Assembly (NCBI GenBank): GCA_963844035.1
Contig: CAWJMT010000004.1
Span: forward strand, 160,001 to 224,000
Length of the DNA: 64,000 nucleotides
Source: an uncultured Gemmatimonadales bacterium
Lineage (GTDB): Bacteria > Gemmatimonadota > Gemmatimonadetes > Gemmatimonadales > GWC2-71-9
Direction: 5' to 3'
Position numbers and translations under genes: made by a program. Of the stretch, positions 55,575-64,000 are shown one piece after another. Numbering within the stretch: position 1 is the stretch's first letter; each line of letters begins with the position of its first letter. The notes under the pieces were generated by a model. The model was not told the origin of the DNA. It saw nothing but the letters and a program-made list of their open reading frames with translations, and did no database searches.

Positions 55575-56240
55575 TCAGGCCTCTCCCAACGCGTCCTGCT
55601 CGGTTGCAACCCCGTACACCTGCATCACGAACCCGATGTACAACACCGTGAACACGACGAATGATGCCAGGAGCGTGATGAGCATCTCCTCGGGCAACGA
55701 CGGTGCGCTGGGCTTCAGCACCACCGGCTGGGGATGCAACGTGCGAAACAGGTACACGCTGAGATGAATGAAGGGAAGCAGCACGAGACCGCAAATCCCC
55801 AGCACCGCGGAGTACCGCGCGCGCAAGGACGTCTCGAGCACCGCGCCCCGCAACAGCAGATAGCCGACGAACAAGAAGAAGAGAAATAAGGTGAGCGTGA
55901 GGCGCGCGTCCCAGGTCCACCACGTGCCCCAGATCGGCTTCGCCCAGATCGGACCGGTGGTCAGCATCACCAGCGAAAACGCGGTGCCCACTTCGGCGGA
56001 AGCGGCGGCGAAGCGGTCGTAGCGGTAGTCGCGCATCAGGAGGAACAGGATGCTCGCGATGCCTACCAGCCCCATCGCCAGCATCGCGGACCATGCCGCG
56101 GGGACGTGCACGTAGAAGATCTTCTGGGCGGGCCCTTGGCTGCTCTCGAGCGGGGTGAACGCCAACGCGCGCACGTACACCCCGGCGAGCAGCACCAGCC
56201 CTACGAGGGTCACCCACCGGCCGCGCTGCGCTGTCGTCAT
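55575..56240 (-). CDS. ccmC: Heme exporter protein C
   Basis: IFYVHVP, WAKPIWGTWWTWDARLT WWD motif, TLHP. Confidence 0.95.
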   Translation of the reverse strand: MTTAQRGRWVTLVGLVLLAGVYVRALAFTPLESSQGPAQKIFYVHVPAAWSAMLAMGLVGIASILFLLMRDYRYDRFAAASAEVGTAFSLVMLTTGPIWAKPIWGTWWTWDARLTLTLFLFFLFVGYLLLRGAVLETSLRARYSAVLGICGLVLLPFIHLSVYLFRTLHPQPVVLKPSAPSLPEEMLITLLASFVVFTVLYIGFVMQVYGVATEQDALGEA

Positions 56241-56917
56241 TCGTTCACCGTCGCGGGAAACAGCATCGTCGCAAGCGCCAGGAACACAATGTCGTACGCG
56301 GCGAGCAACCTAAGCCAGCCCGCCACCTCGCTCAAGGGGCGCGCCGCGAGCAGAGCGGCGGTCACCTGCACCGCCCCCACCAGGGGCGGGATCAAGAACG
56401 GCAGCAGCAGCACCGGCAGCATCAGCTCGGCGAACCGGGTGCGGATCACCATCGCGCTGAACAGCGTGCCCACGGCCACGAACCCCACGGTCGCGAGCGC
56501 GATCACGCCGGCCAGCGGTCCGAGAATGCTCCAGACCGAAACGTCGAAGAAGAGCACGAACAACGGCAGCCCAACGCACTCCACCACGCCCACGAACACG
56601 CAGTTCGCGACGAATTTTGCCAGGTACAGACTCCCGCGGCTGATCGGCGTGGCGAGCAGGGCGTCGAGCGCGTCGTTTTCGAGCTCGAGCTGAAACGCAC
56701 GGTTGAGCCCCAGCATCGCGGCGAACGTGAATGTGACCCAGAGAATGCTGGGCGCGAGGTCGATGGTCGGCACCGAGGTGGGGTCGCGCCCGAAGTTGAA
56801 CACCGTCAGCACCAGGGCCGTGAACACGACCGCCGAGAGGAATGCGGTTCGCGTACGGAACTCGAGGACGAGGTCCTTGCGTGCGATCACCCAGGCGTGC
56901 CGCAGCAGGTCACTCAT
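56237..56917 (-). CDS. ccmB: Heme exporter protein B
   Basis: IARKDLVLEFR, LNRAFQLELENDALD, LPVLLLP; position in the ccm operon. Confidence 0.93.
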   Translation of the reverse strand: MSDLLRHAWVIARKDLVLEFRTRTAFLSAVVFTALVLTVFNFGRDPTSVPTIDLAPSILWVTFTFAAMLGLNRAFQLELENDALDALLATPISRGSLYLAKFVANCVFVGVVECVGLPLFVLFFDVSVWSILGPLAGVIALATVGFVAVGTLFSAMVIRTRFAELMLPVLLLPFLIPPLVGAVQVTAALLAARPLSEVAGWLRLLAAYDIVFLALATMLFPATVNE

Positions 56918-57612
56918 TGCCCACCGCCTGGCGATACGCCGCCGCGATTTCACCCGCGCCGCGCGTGCCGCGCGGCGCAAAGTGCACGAACCGGCCCCGT
57001 GCCTGGAACGCCACGTCGGTCGCGAGCTCTACGCCTTCGTCCACGTTGTGCGTCGCGAGGACGACGATGCGGCCCGCCCCGGTCAGCTCGGCCAGCAAGG
57101 CGCGCGAACTGTCCGGCGGCGGCGAGGTCGAGCCCCGTGAACGGCTCGTCCAGGAGCAGGACGCGGGGGTCGTGCATCAGGGCGCGCGCGATCGTCACCC
57201 GCTGCGTCAGGCCGCGCGACAGCACGCGGACCGGCACGTCGGCCCGGTCGGCGACCCCGAGGCGCCGCAGCAGCTGATCCGCGCGGTCCGCGCGCTGCCC
57301 GGCCGGCACGTCGTACAGCGCCGCCCAGAACAGCAGGTTCTCCCGGACGGTCAGGTGGCCGTACAGATGCGATTGATGCCCGATCCACCCCACCGCGCGC
57401 TTGCCCCCCTCGACCTCCGCGCGCCCCTCCAGGGGCCGGATCAACCCGGCGAGCACACGCAGCAGCGTCGTCTTCCCGGACCCGTTCGGACCGAACAGCA
57501 CGAGCGTCTGCCCTGCGGACAGGCTGAAGGAGATGCCGTCGAGGGCCCGCACGGGCCCGAAGGTGTGCCGCAGTCCTTCAGCGCGCAGCATCGATGCGTG
57601 CGGCGAGGTCAT
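56910..57612 (-). CDS. ccmA: Heme ABC exporter ATP-binding protein (frameshift near 57098)
   Basis: GPNGSGKTT, LSRG, LLLDEPFTGLD, ATHN. Confidence 0.9.
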
Positions 57613-57946
57613 CCATGGCGAAAGGCTTGACCAGATATCCGCTGTGCCCGAGGTCGAGCACGCCCATGAGCGGTTCCATGCTGACGTAGGCAGTCGTCAC
57701 AACCACCGGGAGATCGGGGTGAGTGACGCGGATTTTCTGGAGTAGCGCGACACCGTCGGTATCGGGCAGCCGCATGTCGAGCACCAGCACGTCGGGATTG
57801 AATGTCTGGAGCTGTGACAGCGCTTCGCTGCCGCTGCCGGCAAACGCCATTTCGTAGGTGGTCGCGAAACAGCGGACGTAGGTTGACCGGATCGCGGGTT
57901 CGTCTTCGACAAACAGAACCCTGCGCCGTGCCGTCACGCGCTCCAT
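57578..57946 (-). CDS. Single-domain response regulator
   Basis: VLFVEDE, LDMRLPDTDG, TAY, YLVKPF. Confidence 0.9.
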   Translation of the reverse strand: MERVTARRRVLFVEDEPAIRSTYVRCFATTYEMAFAGSGSEALSQLQTFNPDVLVLDMRLPDTDGVALLQKIRVTHPDLPVVVTTAYVSMEPLMGVLDLGHSGYLVKPFAMDDLAARIDAAR

Positions 57947-58027
57947 GGGGGCGCAATATACGCCGGACTCGGGCGTCCGGCGCAACGCTTCATGAGAGGC
58001 GACGCGCCGCCATGGCGGCGACGCGTG

Positions 58028-58342
58028 CTACAGCGCGCTCTCCAGCTCGAAGAGGTCATCGAGTTTCGTCAGCACCAGCAGGAACCGCAGCTCCTCGTTG
58101 GCTCCACGCAGACGCACGCTGAGGCGCCGCTCGGCCGCTTTGCGCTGGATCAGCATCAGTGCCCCAAGACCCGCCGAGTCCACCGCGCGCGTGCCCGACA
58201 GATCGATCACCAGACGGCCTGCGCCCTCCGGCAACTGATCCACCAGCTCGCCCGCCGCGCGCCGAAACGCAGTCCGTGAATCGAGACCGAGTTCCGCTGG
58301 CGCTGCCAGGACTTTCTCCGTCGGGTGAGGCGTCATCGCCAT
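58028..58342 (-). CDS. STAS domain anti-anti-sigma factor
   Basis: RBS GGAGGAG; IDLSGTRAVDSAGLGAL. Confidence 0.88.
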   Translation of the reverse strand: MAMTPHPTEKVLAAPAELGLDSRTAFRRAAGELVDQLPEGAGRLVIDLSGTRAVDSAGLGALMLIQRKAAERRLSVRLRGANEELRFLLVLTKLDDLFELESAL

Positions 58343-58388
58343 AAGCTCCTCCACAACACCATCTCCACTGAGAGTTGCCGCCTCCCAG

Positions 58389-58404
58389 TGCGACTCCGGT
58401 GCCA
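58389..58404 (-). promoter_or_regulatory. Sigma54-type promoter for the STAS gene
   Basis: Minus strand TGGCAC-CGGAG-TCGCA (GG-N10-GC); IHF-like TCAATCAGTTG about 20 nt upstream. Confidence 0.5.
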
Positions 58405-58554
58405 GCCAGCTAACCTGCGTCGAGTCAATCAGTTGTCAAAGCGACGTGAGCCCCCTCACCAGCTCCCTTTGCCGCAGAGCGAGCGCCCGCACGCAGTTTG
58501 CAAGGTGCGGCACCGTGCTTGACCATCACCTCAGAGGCGTGCATACGTACACCC

Positions 58555-60496
<1,942 letters not shown>

Positions 60497-60500
<4 letters not shown>

Positions 60501-60935
60501 GGGATCCGCGCGCTACGGCCGGCTCGCAGCTCGAGCAGCGCCAGCGCGGTGATGGCCGTGATGAGGACCGCCGAGCCCGACGCACCAGCGGCAAATGGCG
60601 TGGATCACGAACAGCTCGAGCGCGGTGAGGTAGAGCGTGAAGGCGAACCCCAGGCGACGCCAGGACCGCGACCGCGATGTCGAGCCCGCGGCGCGGCACG
60701 CGGGCTGGCTGCACCGCCACGAGGCTCAGCGCCGAACAAGACGGCGTACCCCGCCACCCCGTAGAGCGCTACCGGAAGGCCCAGGAAGTCGGAGTACGCG
60801 GCTGGCCTGGACGGTGTCGCACCCGCCCGTGCCGCATTGCAGCACCCCGATCACGCCGAGCTTGTGCAGCCAGAGGTACAGCGAAACGAATACGCCGGCC
60901 AGCGCCAGAACCGCGATCGCCTGGCGGCGGCGCAC
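60497..60935 (-). CDS. Vitamin K epoxide reductase (VKOR) family protein, frameshifted
   Basis: [14 protein letters not shown] loop Cys pair; reverse complement near 60580-60640 gives [18 protein letters not shown] (CxxC). Confidence 0.85.
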
Positions 60936-61595
60936 TAGTGCTTGCGGGCTTTGATCATGCTGTCCACCACGGCTTTGAAGACGTCCGACGTGGGGAAGCC
61001 GTTGAACTTGCCGCCGTTAAAATAGAACTTGGGTGTGGCGTCCACTCCCAGCCGCGATGCCTTCCTGAAGGCTCTCCGCGATGCGGGCGGCATATCGCTT
61101 GCTGTCCATACACGCGTCGTAGCGCTCGGTGTCGAGCCCGACCGTCTTGGCGAACTCGCGAAACTTCCCGCTCGGATTCCTGCTCTGTGACCACTGGCTC
61201 TGATTGAAAAACAGCTGATCATGCATGTCCCAGAACTTCCCCTGCTCGCCTGCGCACTCTGCGGCGAGCGCCGCGATTTTCGAGTGCTGGTGGCTCTCCA
61301 GCGGGAATGGGCGGAACCGCAGCTGGACCTTGCCGGTGTTGATGAGCTGCGCGCGCACTTCAGGCATCTGGACGGTCACAAACGAGGCGCAGTAGGGGCA
61401 CTGGAAGTCCGAGTACACGGTGATGTGAACCGGCGCCGAGTCGCTGCCCAGCGTGTACCCCTTGAACCCGCTGGCCGCCACCGGTGCCGGGCCGGAGGAC
61501 ACCGGCGACTCCGCCGGCTTGTGCTGGGCTGAATACACCAGCCACGCCGCGCCGCCGACGCCGACCACTGCCAGCAAGACGTAGAAGCCCTTCAT
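60935..61595 (-). CDS. DsbA/BdbD-like thiol-disulfide oxidoreductase (frameshift near 61050)
   Basis: N-terminal anchor, YSDFQCPYC, AAECAGEQGKFWDMHD, GVDATPKFYFNG. Confidence 0.9.
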
Positions 61596-61915
61596 GCCGA
61601 TCCTCCTCGCCAGGGTTGCGCGTCGTCGTCCCCGTCACCAGTGCCGAAATCCAGGTCGCGCGCCCGCCGCTCCGCCTCCTCGACGATCCGCCGGCGTTCC
61701 GCGACTTCGGGCGTGTCGTACGTGAGTCGCACCTCGTAGTGGAACAGCTCGCTGCGCGCGTCGCCGAGCAGCGTCTGCAGCTCGGGAGCCGCATCGAGCA
61801 ACTGGCCGGTCCGGTCGAGGTCCTGGATACGCCGGGCCAGCGCCTGGAGCAGCGCCACGAGGTGCTGCGCGCGCTCGGGGCCGTACACTTGATCTTGATC
61901 GCGATCGTCGATCAT
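61592..61915 (-). CDS. Hypothetical protein
   Basis: 107-aa acidic helical ORF with RBS; stop overlaps the dsbA-like start. Confidence 0.65.
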   Translation of the reverse strand: MIDDRDQDQVYGPERAQHLVALLQALARRIQDLDRTGQLLDAAPELQTLLGDARSELFHYEVRLTYDTPEVAERRRIVEEAERRARDLDFGTGDGDDDAQPWRGGSA

Positions 61916-62068
61916 GTTACCGCCCTTCGGTGAACCGCGTTCAGCCAGCCGTCATGTGATTATAGCACGGTTCGGCAACCTCAGGCCTTGGAAAAGCCTA
62001 CTGGCGTGAGTACATTGTGGCGCTCGTTCACCCGCATACCGATCTGAATCGCGAGGAGATGCCTCTGC

Positions 62069-62338
62069 ATGGGTAAAAAGCGTCCGGAAGCCCGCAGGCC
62101 GACCAACCCCACCGCCTTCGAACAAGCGCGCGACGAACTGTTCTCCCATATCCTGCGGTGCGGGGTCCTCGAAGCGGCACTTGAGCATCAGAACGAGTGG
62201 TTCGACGATACGATCTCCTATCTGCAGGATCGCTACCCGGACCTGGACGACGAGCAGGTAACCGAGCTTCGGGTGCTGGGCGAGCGTTATTGCCGGCCGG
62301 TGGTGGCCCGTACGATGCCTGTGGGCGCGGCGAGCTGA
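62069..62338 (+). CDS. Hypothetical protein
   Basis: 89-aa ORF with GAGGAG upstream, followed by a terminator-like hairpin. Confidence 0.65.
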   Translation: MGKKRPEARRPTNPTAFEQARDELFSHILRCGVLEAALEHQNEWFDDTISYLQDRYPDLDDEQVTELRVLGERYCRPVVARTMPVGAAS

Positions 62339-62370
62339 TCGACGGGCCGCAGGTCGGAACGGAGACGGAC

Positions 62371-62402
62371 AGGGCGCTCGAGCGAGCGCCCTTCGTGTTT
62401 CT
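62371..62402 (+). terminator. Hairpin terminator
   Basis: AGGGCGCTCG-AG-CGAGCGCCCT followed by TCGTGTTTCT. Confidence 0.5.
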
Positions 62403-62417
62403 GAGTGCGACGGGCTG

Positions 62418-62870
62418 GTGAGAGCCGCCAGCACAGGCCTGCCGCCAGATGCACCCCTCCCTCGACCCCCGCCTCCACGAACCAGCCCCGAGCTCGCCCT
62501 GGCTTCCCCTCCACGCCAAGCATCACGGCCAGGTAACCCGCGCTGCGCGCTCCCTCCGCCCCGGCGTACGTCACGCCGACGCCGCCGTAGGGGCGCACCG
62601 CGACCCCCACCGCCATCGAGCACGAACTGCACTGCGGCGGTGGCCCGCACCGCGGGCGCCCCTCCGGCCTCCCCGACGGCGACGCTGAGCGCTTCGCGGC
62701 GGCCACCGGGATGCCGCCGTGCGACACCCAGGTCCGCCCCCCAAAAGTCCTGGTCGCGACCACGCCGCGGGCGCCGCCCCGCAGCTCCGTCACCGTGACG
62801 CGCTGGGCGGCCGCGCCGCACGGGGCTGTGGCGGCGGCTGAGCGCCAACGCCCAACGGGTGAGCGCGTCA
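62418..62870 (-). CDS. Probable small outer-membrane beta-barrel protein (frameshifted, ends uncertain)
   Basis: VRPYGGVGVTY, GWFVEAG, VHLAAGLCWR alternating strands in the 3' part of ORF 62287..63246. Confidence 0.45.
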
Positions 62871-63278
62871 GCGCAGCGTGACGTCGTAGGTGACGGGAAT
62901 GTCGGGGGCGAGTGATGCCACGACCGAGCAGTACTTGTCGAGCGACAGATCGATGGCGCGCCGCGCCTTGGCCTCGTCGGCACCCGCGCCCGCGATGGTG
63001 AAGTGCATGCGCACCGCGGTGAAGCGCCGGGGTTGTTCGTCGCGCCGGGTGCCCTGTACGGCCACCTCGAGAGACTCGAGCGCGACGCGCTGTTTGACAA
63101 GAATCGACACCACGTCGGCGGCCGTGCAGGTGGCGGCGGCGAGCAGCAACAGCTCGACCGGCGACGTGGCGGCCTTGCTGTCGCCGTCCACCACGATCGC
63201 CGGCCGGCCGGGGGCGCCGCCTTCGAACACCATTTTCTCGCGCCACCGCACCTGAATGTCGGACCCGCCCGCCGCCAT
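62868..63278 (-). CDS. OsmC/YhfA family protein
   Basis: SPVELLLLAAATCTAADV, LSLDKYCSV. Confidence 0.9.
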   Translation of the reverse strand: MAAGGSDIQVRWREKMVFEGGAPGRPAIVVDGDSKAATSPVELLLLAAATCTAADVVSILVKQRVALESLEVAVQGTRRDEQPRRFTAVRMHFTIAGAGADEAKARRAIDLSLDKYCSVVASLAPDIPVTYDVTLR

Positions 63279-63280
63279 CG

Positions 63281-63823
63281 TCAGTTCCCCCGCCGTGTGG
63301 TCAGGCCCAGGTACACGCGGTTCCGATGGAACGCGTCCAGCGCGTGATACTCGATGAGCCAGTTGAACGTCGAGCGATAGCGCACTTCGATTCCGAGCAC
63401 CGTGTTGACCCACACCCCGGGACAGCCGGGGTCTGCGCTGCACTCCTTGTGCCCGGCGACGCCGACACCGCCGCCGAGGTACGGGATCACGACCTCGTTG
63501 TCTCCGGCGAGACGGTACACCGCTTCAAAACTTCCTACGTACGAGTCGCTGGTACCGAGGAATCCGATTTCTGCCGACGGCCTGAGGCGCAGGCGATTGA
63601 CGAACAGATTCCCGACGTCCAGTGCGATCCCGAACACGGCTTCTCCATCCCCCGCGAAGTCGGCCCCGCCGCGGACGCCGAACCCCAGCAGTCCGATCCG
63701 CGTGCCGCCCCGCACCTGGCGCTGCACCGGCGGTGGGGGGAATTCCTGTGCGGACAGCGGGACCGTCAGAGTCACGCCGGCCACCAGCAACATGCCGACG
63801 GCGCCGAGCCGCCACGGTTTCAC
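63281..63823 (-). CDS. Outer-membrane beta-barrel protein (OmpA/OmpW-like small barrel)
   Basis: Signal peptide ending LSAQ, FGVRGG, PYLGGGVG, alternating strands. Confidence 0.65.
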   Translation of the reverse strand: MKPWRLGAVGMLLVAGVTLTVPLSAQEFPPPPVQRQVRGGTRIGLLGFGVRGGADFAGDGEAVFGIALDVGNLFVNRLRLRPSAEIGFLGTSDSYVGSFEAVYRLAGDNEVVIPYLGGGVGVAGHKECSADPGCPGVWVNTVLGIEVRYRSTFNWLIEYHALDAFHRNRVYLGLTTRRGN

Positions 63824-63858
63824 TTGCTCCCCCCTTCCAGGACACGTACTTTCACGCC

Positions 63859-64000
63859 GTGGACCTCAATCTGCTCAAGCATGCGGCCATCTTCAAAGAC
63901 CTCGACGAAGGTGAGCTGGCTCGAGTGTCCGAGGTATGCCGCGAGCAGCGGTTCTCCCTGGGACAGCACATCTTCAAAGAGGGCGAGGCCGGCAACCGCC
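63859..64000 (+). CDS. Cyclic-nucleotide-binding domain protein (Crp/Fnr-like), 5' part, truncated by the window
   Basis: GTG start reads MDLNLLKHAAIFKDLDEGELARVSEVCREQRFSLGQHIFKEGEAGNR; not in the ORF track. Confidence 0.85.
   Translation, partial: MDLNLLKHAAIFKDLDEGELARVSEVCREQRFSLGQHIFKEGEAGNR

Noticed and set aside
58508..58522. Sigma54-like motif upstream of acs (CGGCACCGTGCTTGA)
   Set aside because: The -12 dinucleotide is GA rather than GC; too weak to call
63820..64000. Open frame on the minus strand ending at TGA 63820
   Set aside because: Shadow of the plus-strand cNMP-binding protein, which has a recognisable family signature

Overview
High-GC bacterial chromosomal window. Gene content and protein style suggest Gemmatimonadota or a related FCB-group organism (inference). 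Many genes carry single-base frameshifts; paralog comparison indicates these are mostly sequencing or assembly indels. Left to right: (1) a tandem array of at least 3 near-identical type IV pilin genes, each with a sigma54-type promoter position, downstream of a tightly coupled operon pilS-pilR-GT2-GT-C-3x TMTC-like protein O-glycosyltransferases; (2) ribosomal protein bTHX and pilC-pilT-pilB-comEA-M28 peptidase-sprA (T9SS translocon), divergent from lptF-lptG; (3) amino acid permease, heme A synthase and an MsbA-like ABC exporter; (4) a putatively sigma54-driven operon of TonB-dependent receptor, ~1300-aa protein with a T9SS-like C-terminal domain, PorV-like barrel, GWxTD protein, Ig-like lipoprotein and a second GWxTD protein; (5) a SigR/RsrA-like ECF pair heading a DUF92, flavoprotein, methyltransferase, cyclase, FabF-like cluster; (6) hemBCD, ccmABCD, acs, VKOR-DsbA, OsmC and small barrels. 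The best candidates for undescribed systems are the TBDR/CTD-protein/PorV/GWxTD module and the TMTC-like pilin glycosylation locus. No rRNA, tRNA, CRISPR array or transposase was recognised. All family calls come from motif recognition by eye, not database searches.
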